Below the pieces are notes generated by a model, which did no database searches, was not told the origin of the DNA, and saw nothing but the letters and a program-made list of their open reading frames with translations. From Octopus bimaculoides (Eukaryota): a stretch of 49,409 bases of DNA. The stretch's first letter is position 1. Each line of letters opens with the position of its first letter. The position numbers and the translations under genes are program-made. Location: NCBI RefSeq assembly GCF_001194135.2, contig NC_068997.1:32033459-32082867 (forward strand), written 5' to 3'. Positions 25,681 to 39,189 of the stretch are shown here, piece by piece.

Positions 25681-26639
25681 TTTAAAACTCGTGTACAACT
25701 TCCCTCACTCACTTTCTACTCTTCCTTTCTCCATATCGGTTTATCTACACTCACACTCACCTCTACGCACTCATATTTCTCTCTACTATACACACATATA
25801 CTGTCTGGATTGCAGTGTGTGTAAAATGTTAATTAGTTTATCGTTTTAATTTTTTTTTTTGGTAATATCTTTGTTGGTAGTGTTGGTGTAGTGTCTCGGT
25901 TGGTTGTTAGTTCTTGTTGCTGTAGTTGCTCTCATGTATGTGTTGCTGTAGTAGATGTTGTAATTGTGTTGGCTACTACTAGAGTTACTGATGTCATTTA
26001 ATTCCAAGCCAGTCCCCTGATATGTTCTAGCTGTGACCTCGTCATTTTGTAATGTAGGGCTATATGGTCCAGTGTAAAAAAAAACCCCACAAAAGACAAT
26101 AATGGTGAGGTACGATTTAATGGAATTTCGTAGTAATTCTTGTAAGTCGAGCGACTTAGAGGCTCCTTTGGTTGCCGGTACAATTAAAACTTCCATCTAA
26201 ATACTTGATAGTACTGTTTGTATGTATGTGAGTGAGCGAGTGTCTGGTGCCTCTACGTCCGTGTGTGCATGTAGAATTGTTAACAACTTACTATTGTACA
26301 AGGCTTGTACGTATCAATATAGTGTCTTTGCTATAACAAGTCATAAATTCAACTAATTTGTCAAATATTACTCCAATACACTTGTTTGAGTATTTATAGG
26401 GATATATAAAGATATTGAATTATATGTTTAACAGTGTGGATGCAGATGATCCTAGCTACGTACAGTAGCAAATTATAAAGTCAATCGAGATATTACAACA
26501 AAAATAGGATCACCTTAATTCATTTCTCCAAATTCTAAATGCAGTGATCAGCAATTTCTTTATAACAAATTTTCCATCGTGTATTGAACTAGAGGGTCGG
26601 TAATGTAAAGTACTAGTTAAGTACTGGATTCAGTTTCAT

Positions 26640-27843
26640 TGATTGCGCCATCACCCAAAGTTTAGGGTTTTGTGCCTAATTGAGAAATGTTTACCAAAGA
26701 TGGTGAATGTGTTACATCGCATCCGTCGCATATTACCACTTGAACCTTGTGTCCTGGCCCAGTTTCCTCTGGCCAGAGTGAAGCATTTGTTCTTTCGTTT
26801 CTTGTGGAAAAGATGCGTCCCACTGGTCATGTAGTCCATCTGTGGCCAACATCCTGTGTTTGGAAGGCTGTGCGTGCCGTATTTGATGACGCAGGCTGAA
26901 TCTGTGACTTAGCAGAGAACTCACGAGAGCGAACATATGTAGTTGCCGTTTGTCGGACATATCTTTCTACAGTCTGTCTCTGTGACAGTGTTGCAATCCT
27001 ATGACAAACAACGATCAAGATTGAGTTTCAGGCATCTAAAGTGTTGTCAGGCTCAAATAGCCCTCCACTTGTTGAACAACGCGACCTGTGGAACATCCAT
27101 GTCAGCTTTCTAAAGAGGTTTAGTGGTGAATAAGAGAGATAACGTTATCGAGGATACGATAATGAACTGTCTCGTCAGCGCCAGAGGACTTTTAGATCGT
27201 TGACTCTGGTTAACATCTAGACATTCTTAGACCAGCATCGATACCAAGAAACATTGCCGGCTCGAGATAACTCTACAGGAATGGAAGGGTTGTCAGTTGG
27301 GTCTGCTTGTAGAACGTCGAAACCGTTCCGGACGCACTTGTAAACTATCCTGCCTTGTGGAATTATGTCGAACAGCTATCATTAATAGCAAGACGTTTAC
27401 ATCAAGCAACTGAACCTACGGCTGCCTTCCTTTCGCAAAGAGGGCATTAGTTTTTTCTCTGTCTGTTCACTAAGGCGAACTAAGACTGAAAGCAGATGCT
27501 TTCTTCTTTTGGTTTAGATTTATTCAAGCTCCATTTGGAGAGGAAGACTAGTGAAGGGCTGCTTTACAATAAATTTATTGCGAACGGATGACACTGTCGA
27601 GCATGACCCGAATACAAGGTCCTATTCCCTGCATGCATCTTGTAGGCCATTGTAGAGGACCCTCACCCTTGGTACTCACCGTAATTTTGGTTTTGTACAT
27701 TTCCTTCATAGACTCGAGATGGTTTTGTATCCAACTCAGTGAGACCTTTCTCTTTTTGGTTTTGTAATATTTACTGTTTTGTCTTTCGTTCTAATACTGT
27801 CCCCAACTTCTTTGGGGATCTTGTGGGCCAATAAAAGAAATCG
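26640..27843 (+). mobile_element. Degraded L1/Tx1-clade LINE 3' end (post-RT region, C-terminal Zn-finger-like region, 3' UTR)
   Basis: Fragments with stops and frameshifts: YIASVAYYHL, LFFRFLWKRCVPLVM*SICGQHP, and VCL*NVETVPDALVNYPALWNYVEQL. It ends in CTTGTGGGCCAATAAAAGAAATC (27820-27842) with an AATAAA signal. Confidence 0.75.
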
Positions 27844-28424
27844 TTATCAGTTTTTTTCCAGCTTAAAAAAGATGGACGAAAGTGATGGTATGTATGGTTG
27901 AATTTTACAGGTTTTTCTATATGGTGGTGGTGGTGGTGGTGGTGGTGGCTGTGTTGGTGTTTGAGCTGTGATTGTAGTTGTTTCTGTTGTTAGAAATAGT
28001 GTTGTTTCACTGCCGATTCCTTTCTGTCTTTGGCAAGATTCCAACCTAATTCACATACACTGCTGCATTCACACGAACAAGTGCATCAGTACAGAGAGAG
28101 AGAGAGACAGAGAGACAGATACCATAGTCGAGGTTATATACATAAAAATGTATATCACCACACACACATAAATATTACATACATATATACATACACACAC
28201 ACATAGTGTACTAGTGTTCATAAAAACAGACACATGCATGTATGTGTGTGTGTGTGTGTTATTGTGTGAGTGCGTGTGTATGCAAGTACACGCATCAGTT
28301 CATAAAATTCGTATGCGAGTGCTTACACGACTACCTGTATAGTTTCGTACCCATACCTCACTTGTATATACCACTAATTTCTGTTCAAGTTCTGTCAGAC
28401 AGCTTACATGTGTGTTATAAGCAC

Positions 28425-28660
<236 letters not shown>

Positions 28661-28786
28661 GGGGCTACGTCGGTTACGACGAGTGTTCTAGTTGAACCGA
28701 TCAACGGAACAGCCTGCTCGCGAAATAAACGTGCAAGTGGCTGAGCACTCCACAGACACGCGTATCCTTAGCGTATAGTTCTCTGA

Positions 28787-29023
<237 letters not shown>

Positions 29024-29395
29024 TAGATAGATAGATAGATAGATAGATCTCTGCGCGCCGCGTGCGTGTGTGCGTGTGTGTACAGACTACACTTCATCGC
29101 ACCACTCTACTGCACCATCAATCCTGCCGGTTCTGTCTGATGACCGGCCGCCTTCTCTTGAGTAGTCTGTCTAAACTGCCTTGTCTCCACTACGCTAACT
29201 CACATTCTATCACCACTCTACTCTCACATATACATTCTTCTCGTTAAACACATAGCCACTCACATGTCTCTCTTTCTCTGTCTCTTTCTCTCTCTCTCTC
29301 TTTCTTTCTCTGTAAACCATTTTAATCGCTGTTCTTCCACACACACATGCATAAATGCGTGTGTGTGTATTTTTACATGTATATGTATGTGTGTA

Positions 29396-29440
<45 letters not shown>

Positions 29441-30001
29441 NNNNNNNNNNNNNNNNNNNNNNNNNNNNNNNNNNNNNNNNNNNNNNNNNNNNNNNNNNNN
29501 NNNNNNNNNNNNNNNNNNNNNNNNNNNNNNNNNNNNNNNNNNNNNNNNNNNNNNNNNNNNNNNNNNNNNNNNNNNNNNNNNNNNNNNNNNNNNNNNNNNN
29601 NNNNNNNNNNNNNNNNNNNNNNNNNNNNNNNNNNNNNNNNNNNNNNNNNNNNNNNNNNNNNNNNNNNNNNNNNNNNNNNNNNNNNNNNNNNNNNNNNNNN
29701 NNNNNNNNNNNNNNNNNNNNNNNNNNNNNNNNNNNNNNNNNNNNNNNNNNNNNNNNNNNNNNNNNNNNNNNNNNNNNNNNNNNNNNNNNNNNNNNNNNNN
29801 NNNNNNNNNNNNNATATACAAATATATATATGTATATATATATATATGTATGTATGTATGTATATAGAGCAAGACAGAGTTATTAGAATCTGAGGTGGTC
29901 TAACACTGAAACAAGCAATGAGTACCCTCTTTCTCTGCCACATATACCAAATGTATGTGTGTGTTTAAATATAATTTGTAATTGTTTGTAGACAGGTAGA
30001 T

Positions 30002-30044
<43 letters not shown>

Positions 30045-30225
30045 GAAGTACATTGTTTGACACACACATATACACACACGTGTCTAACACCCTCCGCTAC
30101 TCAACCTTCTTTCTCCATACTTTTGCTCACATAGTTATATACGTTTTCATCGCTGTTTTTCTCTCCTACACATCACTGCTTCACTTAGACACTCAGACAC
30201 GCTTTGAGACACACACACAAACATA

Positions 30226-30257
<32 letters not shown>

Positions 30258-30377
30258 TGCCAAACATACACACACCTACGCACAATAGCCTGTTTATTAC
30301 AACACAATTCTGTTTTCCGCACATACATGCACACACATGTATCGGTATATAGAGGCGTGTGAATATATATATATATC

Positions 30378-30429
<52 letters not shown>

Positions 30430-30998
30430 GAGGGAGAGAAAGAGAGTGACAGACAAAAAGAGAGGCAGAGATAGACGTACATAGACAGATAGATATTCGT
30501 ACATATAGACGCATAAGGAATTGTTCTCAGAGGGACAAGTAAACATGTCACACACACAAACACATATATATAATATATATTAACAGTAATGGTTTCTGTC
30601 TACAATTATCTTGCCATTCCCTCTTTCACGTTTACATTCGACAGTCACCACAAACCATGGGCATAATATATATATATACACACACACACAAACTTGGGCA
30701 CTATATATATATATATATATATATCCACACAACCACAGACTGGTTCCATTAGTCTGTGGCCTTGTCATACACACACATATCCGCGCGCGAATTCTTTCTT
30801 TCTCACACAAACACAAAACATACGTAGACAGGCCTGGTCGATTAGGTCTACACAACAACAGCATACATAGACAAACACTTATATATCCTCTCAGTTGATA
30901 AAACTGCTTTAATACACCTCAAAACTCTGTCAATCTAGCTAGCTACATACACACATATGCGTATATATATATATATATATATATATGATGTGTATCTA

Positions 30999-31033
<35 letters not shown>

Positions 31034-31059
31034 TGTATCTATCTATCTATCTATCTATC

Positions 31060-31090
<31 letters not shown>

Positions 31091-31097
31091 CTATCTG

Positions 31098-31128
<31 letters not shown>

Positions 31129-31514
31129 GATGTGTATCTATCTGTACATATATATTTATTTATATGTAATGTAAAGTATCCGTGATCGTTAACACAAAAG
31201 GAACAAATGTGTGTAAACGTATATAGAATATATATATGTTAACACAAAAGAACAAATGTGTAAATATACATACACATAGTTTTATAAATATATATCTTAG
31301 ATTATTCATGTATACGTATATATGTCTATGTATATATTTTTGTGTGTGTGTATGTGTGTGCGCGCGTGCGTTTGTGTGTGCGATTGCATGTTTGTGTCTG
31401 TCTCTCAATTTGGCAAGATTTCCTTTTTTCCTCTTTCCTTAGTTGTTTAGTGTGTTTGTCTGTCTGTGTGTCTGACAATCATCAGGCGGGACGGCGTCAA
31501 CGTCACACACACAC

Positions 31515-31545
<31 letters not shown>

Positions 31546-31844
31546 GAAGAGAGAGAGAGAGAGAAAGAAAGAAAGAGACGCGCACTCTTCCACGCCTGCT
31601 CGCTGTCTACTTCTCACATACCAGGCAGGCTACCACCATATTGATCCTTACTGACACAGCCACTAAAAGTGCGCGCGCGCCCGCACTTATACACTCACAT
31701 ACACACACATGTATATCTATCTATCTATTTTTCCTTATACTTGTTTGTGGCATTAGACCGAGGCCATACTGGGGTACTGCCTCGAAAGGTTTAAGTTGAA
31801 CAAACCGACCCTAAAATATATATATGTATATCTATCTATCTATC

Positions 31845-31886
<42 letters not shown>

Positions 31887-32374
31887 AATGTGTATGTGTA
31901 TATATATGAGTGTACGCTTTCCTATGTGGTTTGTGTGTATGTATGTATGTATGAATATAAACGCAAGCACAGAAAGCTACTACAAAGTCATACACATACA
32001 GAGACAAACAAAAACAGTTATACACATACATTTACATGTATTAAAACTTAAATTTACTGAATTTCTTAATAAGCACACACACATAGTGAATCGTGTATTC
32101 AATGAGATAACACAGACATTTACTGCGCACACACACGTACTGTACATAGAGAAATATATATAACTCCACACTAAGATATGTAGCGGCTCCACCATCGGCA
32201 CCAGTACATGAGTAACATCTCCACCATCACGTCTCCTACTACCACAATCATTACAACTCCTACCACCACCTATATCACAACCAGCCTGCTACTCTCACAC
32301 TCGTCCTATCTCAGCCTTCCACTGTCTGTTCATCTTACCGTCTGTCTGGCTCACACATATACACACTTACACCG

Positions 32375-32429
<55 letters not shown>

Positions 32430-33269
32430 TCACTCGTTTTTAACAATTATTTCTGTTTCATTTCTCTTTCCCCCTCAGTTTCTCTCTCTCTCCTTTGCTC
32501 ATTCACTTATTTTTAATAATTATCCCTCTCTCTCTCTCTCATCTCTTCTCTTTTTCTTTCCCTCTCTATCTGTTTTTCTGTCTCTCTGTTTTTTTTCTCT
32601 TTTCTACATAATATCTACTCCTTACCTACACCTGCCTCTCTTTATTCTCCAACGGTCAAATATGTATGTATGTATGTATCTATCTATCTATCTATCTATC
32701 TATCAATATGTCTGTCTATCCGTCTGTCAAAAGCATAAGTACGTATATATACGAGTATGTGTGTGTGCGCGTGCGTACGCATGAAGTGCATATACATCTG
32801 TGTTTATCTGTCTACCTGACTATGAATGTCTCCACTTGTGTATCTATTCCTGTCCACTGTATATCAATCTATCTGTCTCCCTCCTCCTCTCTCTTTTTCT
32901 CTGCCTAGCTACATAACTTGCTAGCTAGCTGTCTATTCATTTATCTGTCTCTCTATCTAGCTCGCCATTTAGTACGTTAAGAACTAAAATAGTTTGAGAG
33001 AAAGAGAGTGGGATATTGTGAGATGTCTACGTCTATTTTATCAATGTCTGCTATCTACCTACCTACCCGCCTCACCTACCACCCACTGCTATCCGGTCTG
33101 TCTGTGTGTCTTACACAACATTTCTAGCCACTGCATAATTTTGGAATTACGAAATCTCTATTGTGTGTATATATGTGTATGTATAGTAACAATTTAAATA
33201 AACGACTATATGTATAAGGAAAATTCGCCTGAAATTACTAATGCTAATAATTAGGATAGGAAAAATTTC

Positions 33270-34340
33270 TTATTTAGACACAGGGCTAACAATTTTGAGG
33301 GGCGGCTGTCTTAGCCGATGCCGCCGTCCGAAAGAAATAAATGGCAAGGTTGACCATGCCGTGATTTGAACTCAAAACATAAATACCTAGAAGAAATACA
33401 GCAAAGCATCTTTCCGATGCTCTCAATGATTGAGTGATAAATTTTGGTTTCAAATTTTTGGCACTATGTCAGTGAGTTTGGGGCAGTGAGGAAAGTCGAT
33501 ACCTGTTTAACAGGTACTTATTTTATCGACCCTGAAATGATGAAAGGCAAAGTCGACCTTGGCGGAATTTGAACGCAGAAAATATTGGCGGGTTTGGCAG
33601 AAGTCAATTAAATCAAGCCCTCTTCTTAATTGGTACTTTATTTTATCGATCTTATAAAGAATGGAAAGTCAAATTGACTTCGACAGGATCTGAACTCATA
33701 AGGTAAAAACTTGGAAGAAACACAAGGCATTTTGCCGAAATTCTAACGATTTTTATCAATCCGCCATCTTCTTTCTACTATGGGCACAAGGCCGTAGTTG
33801 AGGAAAAGGAGTAGTCGATTACGTTGACCCTAATATTCAACTGGCACTTATTTCATAGACACCGAAAGGGTAAAAGTCGGAGTCGACTCGGCGGAATTTG
33901 TGCTCATATAGTAAAGACAGACGAAATATTTCTTAATTCCCCAAATTTAGAGGGTATAGGAAAGGAACAACAGCCCATCATATCAACCCCAGTAAATGAC
34001 TGGTACATTATTTTTATCAATCTTAGGAGGATGAAAGGCAAGATTGACTGCGGTATGATCTGAACCCGGAATGTAAAAAAACAAAAAAAGAACAGGAAGA
34101 AATACAGGGCATTTTGCCCGAATTCCAAAGATATTACCAGTTCACCACCCTATTAACAGTAGTCTCACAAGGCCTGAGATCTAATTGGTGGTGTGAGTTG
34201 GGTGCAAGTATCGATATTCATTAAGCTCTTAGATATTGACTGCAATCAGTTCGCTTAATTATTTTAATCAACTCTGGAAAATATGAAAGACAAAGTTGAA
34301 CTCAGCAGGATTTTGAAGCCTGAGCGTAAAGGGCTGTAAC
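33270..34340 (-). mobile_element. SINE family B, array of about six degenerate same-orientation copies
   Basis: The AAAGGCAAAGTCGACCT.GGCGGAATTTGAAC-like core recurs at about 33345, 33545, 33665, 33870, 34035 and 34290. Confidence 0.75.
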
Positions 34341-34462
34341 TGAATAGCACAAAACAATTTTTTTTGCCTGGTGCTATGATGACTATGCCACCCGCTGCTC
34401 TTTTCTAATGGTGGTGTTTAAAGGTCGACACAAGGGCAGCACCAATTTAAAAATGTACATAT

Positions 34463-35608
34463 ATAGGCGCAGACGTGGCTGTGTGGTATGAAGTTTGCTT
34501 TCCAGCCACATGGTTCCGGATTCAGTCGTCCTGCATGACACTTTGGGCAAGTGTCTTCTACTATAGCCTCGGGTCGACCAAAGCTTTGTGAGTGGATTTG
34601 GCAGACGGAAACTGAAAGAAGCCCGTCAGTCGAAAGACACCTGTTGTTCTGTCCTGTTATTTGTATTTGTGTAACATTCTCCGTTTTTTTCTCGTCCTTC
34701 TTTTCGTATACATTCACTGCTTACTTTAAAGGAATCTAATGCTCTTAGTTTAGTTTTTTCTTGGGGCTGGCCAGATTGGAGCAATCTCGAGTATAACCAG
34801 CCGAAATTGCAAAGATAATCTGGAATTCGACTGAGGAAAGAAAACTCCAAATGACCCGTCCTTATTTCCTTTATATCGTCTATTTAGATGTTTTGTTGTC
34901 CCTTTTTTGTATCACCTAACTGTCTGGATGTTTTGCGTTCTTGTCCCATTTTGTATTTTATATATGTATATATATATATGTATATANNNNNNNNNNNNNN
35001 NNNNNNNNNNNNNNNNNNNNNNNNNNNNNNNNNNNNNNNNNNNNNNNNNNNNNNNNNNNNNNNNNNNNNNNNNNNNNNNNNNNNNNNNNNNNNNNNNNNN
35101 NNNNNNNNNNNNNNNNNNNNNNNNNNNNNNNNNNNNNNNNNNNNNNNNNNNNNNNNNNNNNNNNNNNNNNNNNNNNNNNNNNNNNNNNNNNNNNNNNNNN
35201 NNNNNNNNNNNNNNNNNNNNNNNNNNNNNNNNNNNNNNNNNNNNNNNNNNNNNNNNNNNNNNNNNNNNNNNNNNNNNNNNNNNNNNNNNNNNNNNNNNNN
35301 NNNNNNNNNNNNNNNNNNNNNNNNNNNNNNNNNNNNNNNNNNNNNNNNNNNNNNNNNNNNNNNNNNNNNNNNNNNNNNNNNNNNNNNNNNNNNNNNNNNN
35401 NNNNNNNNNNNNNNNNNNNNNNNNNNNNNNNNNNNNNNNNNNNNNNNNNNNNNNNNNNNNNNNNNNNNNNNNNNNNNNNNNNNNNNNNNNNNNNNNNNNN
35501 NNNNNNNNNNNNNNNNNNNNNNNNNNNNNNNNNNNNNNNNNNNNNNNNNNNNNNNNNNNNNNNNNNNNNNNNNNNNNNNNNNNNNNNNNNNNNNNNNNNN
35601 NNNNNNNN

Positions 35609-35650
<42 letters not shown>

Positions 35651-35870
35651 CATGTATGTATGTGTCTGTCCCCCCTCCACCGCTTGACAACCGGTGTTGG
35701 TGTCTTTATGTCCCCGTAACTTAACGGTTCGGCAAAAGTTATCGATAGAATAAGTATCAGGCTTAAAAGAAAGTCCTGGAGGTGGATACATTCGGCTATA
35801 AATTCTTCAAGGCGGTGCCCCAGCATGGCCGCAGTCCAGTGACTGAAACAAATAAAAGTTAAAAGGTAAA
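34463..35870 (+). mobile_element. SINE family A split by a roughly 330-bp insert and a gap (head 34463-34627, tail 35609-35870)
   Basis: The head ends at GAAAGAAGCCCGTC and the tail resumes at (TG)n-GTCTGTCCCCC-GCTTGACAACCGG. Confidence 0.65.
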
Positions 35871-35975
35871 GATACTAAGGTCTGCATGTACAAACGAACA
35901 GCGGAACTGTTGCTTGCATATATGTATATATGTGTATATGTGTGTGCATCTGTGTGTGTGCGTGCGTGTGTGTGT

Positions 35976-36077
<102 letters not shown>

Positions 36078-36339
36078 ATTTTCACATTAGCATTTTGCTG
36101 GATCAGCCACAAATTCATATGGTAAATATAAATACTGGCAGTCAGGATTTAGCCAAACCGTCCAGTGATGGAGTAGTCACTACGGATGAGGTGGTCATTT
36201 TCAAGTGAATCTAGATTAATATACTGATATCGCTGGTTGTGGGCTGGTTATCTCCCCTGTCAGTATATGAAAATGTGCTTTCTTGCGGTTTTAAGGGTTT
36301 CTAATTCTTATTCCTAACAATATAGGTGCTACCCGGCAC

Positions 36340-36560
36340 CCTCGATCACGCTTGATTAATACTCAGGAGAGTATTAGTGAAGCAAATCGAACCCAGGGCT
36401 TGTTAAAGCCTAAGACGTATTGTATGGGTTTATTTTGCCGAACTACTAAGTTATGGTTACGCAAACAAACCAACACTAGTTTAAACGGTGGTGTGGGGAC
36501 AAATACCGACATAAACACACACACATTCACACACACACACATTCACACACAAATATATAA
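36340..36560 (-). mobile_element. SINE family A core/tail, old
   Basis: TTTTGCCGAAC..CTAAGTTA.GG...GGGGACAAA matches the family core in reverse. Confidence 0.65.
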
Positions 36561-36565
36561 AGCCA

Positions 36566-37420
36566 TAAATGACAGAGAGAAAAGTCGGACCTAAGAAGCA
36601 TCAGTTGTGGTGTGCAAGAGAGACGATTGCGCTGGAATGGTCATGTGACAAGAATGGATGAGGATAGCTGTGTGAAAAAGTGCCACACCCTAGCGGTTGA
36701 GGGAACCTGTGGAAGAGGTAGGCCCAGGAAGATGAGGTGGTGAAGGACGTCCTTCGAACATTAGGCTTCACCGAGGCAATGACTAGTGACCGAGACCTTT
36801 GGGAAAATGCTGTGCATGAGAAGACCCGGGAAGCCAAGTGAGACCCTAGCCCGTGGTCTTTGCCAGGGGTGTAACCAGCCCACTTATGCGTACCTTTCCT
36901 TCATTTGACACTAAACTCTACTTGCGAAGACCTGTTGAGGCAAGTGAAATCGAAATCGAACCAAATTCGATGACTGGCACCCGTGCCAGTGGAGCGCTAA
37001 CAGCACCATCCGAGCGTGATCATTGCCAGAGCAGCTGTCTGGCTTCCGTGCCGGTGGCACCACGTAAAAAGCACTATTTGAGCGTGATTGTTACCAGCGT
37101 CGACATACTGGCACTTGTGCCGGTAGCACGTGAAAAAACATTCGAGCGAGGTCGTTGCCAGTGCCGCTAGACTGGCTCCTGTGCAGGTAGCACGTAAAAA
37201 ACACCATTTGAGCGTGGCTGTTGCCAGTACCGCCTGACTGACCCTCGTACCGGTGGCACGTAAAAACACACTTTACACTCTCGGAGTGGTTGGCGTTAGG
37301 AAGGGCATCCAGCTGTAGACACTCTGCCAGATCAGATTGGAGCCTGGTGCAGCCATCTGGTTCGCCACTCCCCAGTCAAATCGTCCAACCCATGCTAGCA
37401 TGGATAGCGGACGTTAAACG

Positions 37421-37452
<32 letters not shown>
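36566..37452 (+). mobile_element. RTE-clade LINE 3' end, 5'-truncated, with tandem-repeat 3' UTR and (ATT)n tail
   Basis: REKSDLRSISCGVQERRLRWNGHVTRMDEDSCVKKC...VEGTCGRGRPRK, then after a frameshift DEVVKDVLRTLG...DRDLW...* (TGA 36839-36841). RLRWxGHVxRM and GRGRP are the RTE C-terminal signature. The 3' UTR ends GGTTGGCGTTAGGAAGGGCATCCAGC...CATGCTAGCATGG...(ATT)n. Confidence 0.9.
36972..37275 (+). repeat. Five roughly 65-bp hairpin-bearing tandem units in the RTE 3' UTR
   Basis: GTGCC-GGT-GGCAC-like hairpins at 36983, 37048, 37117, 37181 and 37247, usually followed by GTAAAAA. Confidence 0.85.
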
Positions 37453-38228
37453 NNNNNNNNNNNNNNNNNNNNNNNNNNNNNNNNNNNNNNNNNNNNNNNN
37501 NNNNNNNNNNNNNNNNNNNNNNNNNNNNNNNNNNNNNNNNNNNNNNNNNNNNNNNNNNNNNNNNNNNNNNNNNNNNNNNNNNNNNNNNNNNNNNNNNNNN
37601 NNNNNNNNNNNNNNNNNNNNNNNNNNNNNNNNNNNNNNNNNNNNNNNNNNNNNNNNNNNNNNNNNNNNNNNNNNNNNNNNNNNNNNNNNNNNNNNNNNNN
37701 NNNNNNNNNNNNNNNNNNNNNNNNNNNNNNNNNNNNNNNNNNNNNNNNNNNNNNNNNNNNNNNNNNNNNNNNNNNNNNNNNNNNNNNNNNNNNNNNNNNN
37801 NNNNNNNNNNNNNNNNNNNNNNNNNNNNNNNNNNNNNNNNNNNNNNNNNNNNNNNNNNNNNNNNNNNNNNNNNNNNNNNNNNNNNNNNNNNNNNNNNNNN
37901 NNNNNNNNNNNNNNNNNNNNNNNNNNNNNNNNNNNNNNNNNNNNNNNNNNNNNNNNNNNNNNNNNNNNNNNNNNNNNNNNNNNNNNNNNNNNNNNNNNNN
38001 NNNNNNNNNNNNNNNNNNNNNNNNNNNNNNNNNNNNNNNNNNNNNNNNNNNNNNNNNNNNNNNNNNNNNNNNNNNNNNNNNNNNNNNNNNNNNNNNNNNN
38101 NNNNNNNNNNNNNNNNNNNNNNNNNNNNNNNNNNNNNNNNNNNNNNNNNNNNNNNNNNNNNNNNNNNNNNNNNNNNNNNNNNNNNNNNNNNNNNNNNNNN
38201 NNNNNNNNNNNNNNNNNNNNNNNNNNNN

Positions 38229-38700
38229 GCTCAGAGAAAGAAAAGAGTAGAAGTTTCACGTTTCGAGCATAGCTCTTCTTCGGAAACAGGAAGAAACAAG
38301 AAAGTCCAAGACGAAGGAGGAAGAAAATCGCCAACAATCACGTGCGGTTACATTTTTGAAGTGACCGGAAGTAGGAATGAAGCGAAAATGCTTTCTGGAA
38401 CAGGAGGGTGCGAAAATGGTCATGCGCACGCGTGTGGTGGCGTGTCGTAGCGTTTGGTTTATGTGATAGCGTGTGTATATATATATGGTAGCGTGTGTGT
38501 GGCAGTAACTGCGTGTGTATGCGTGTGTGTGTGCATGTAGTGGTAGTTGTATGTGCGTATGTCGTACGTATGTGTGGTAGCGTATGTGTGTGTGGTATTA
38601 GCTGTGTGTTTGTGTGCGTAGTCTGTGCGTGTGTGTGGTAGGATGTGTGCGCGTGCGCGTATTAATGTCGCTCTGAGAGATCAGCAGCTATAGTGACAGG
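38229..38700 (-). mobile_element. Probable PLE terminal-repeat (pLTR) fragment containing a hammerhead-like motif
   Basis: The minus strand reads GTTTCCGAAGAAGAGCTATGCTCGAAACGTGAAAC (38287-38253), preceded by a degenerate ACACGC-rich tract. Same strand as the PLE ORF 2 kb away. Confidence 0.5.
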
Positions 38701-39189
38701 TGTGTGAATGAGTGGGTGTATGCGTAGATGGAAGGGTCCATGGTGGGTCATAGGCAGTCAGAAGTGGGGTTTCAAATTTTGGTACAAGGCCAGAAACTTC
38801 GGAGGAGAGGAGTCAGTCGATTACGCATGTAAATTTTAAGGAATACGCGTGTAAATTTTGATTGCATTCACAAAAGTGTGAACATAAACTGGAGATGAAA
38901 TAGTGCTACGACTTTAATGTAGTACTGGTGTAGATGTAGTGCGCTGGAGTATTGCTGTCTCTGGACTCAAAATATAATAACTAAAATTCTAATCAACCAA
39001 TAGCAACATTTTCTGTTCAGTATATAAAATAATTTCATCGCTTGCATAATTTTACATATTCTAGATAGGAAAGAATATTACTGTTTTCTGTTTACTCCAA
39101 GTATGTAAGAAAATATATTTTAAAGTATAAAAATACAATTATGGACAAATGAAAATTTCACACTCAATTTTTTTTCTTTCTTTTTTTTT

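Noticed and set aside
29125-29150. CTGATGA in a hairpin as a hammerhead or C/D snoRNA box C
   Set aside because: There is no downstream GAAA core and no suitably placed box D with a terminal stem.
36972-37275. CRISPR array
   Set aside because: The whole unit repeats with no unique spacers, there are no cas genes, and it sits in a eukaryotic LINE 3' UTR.
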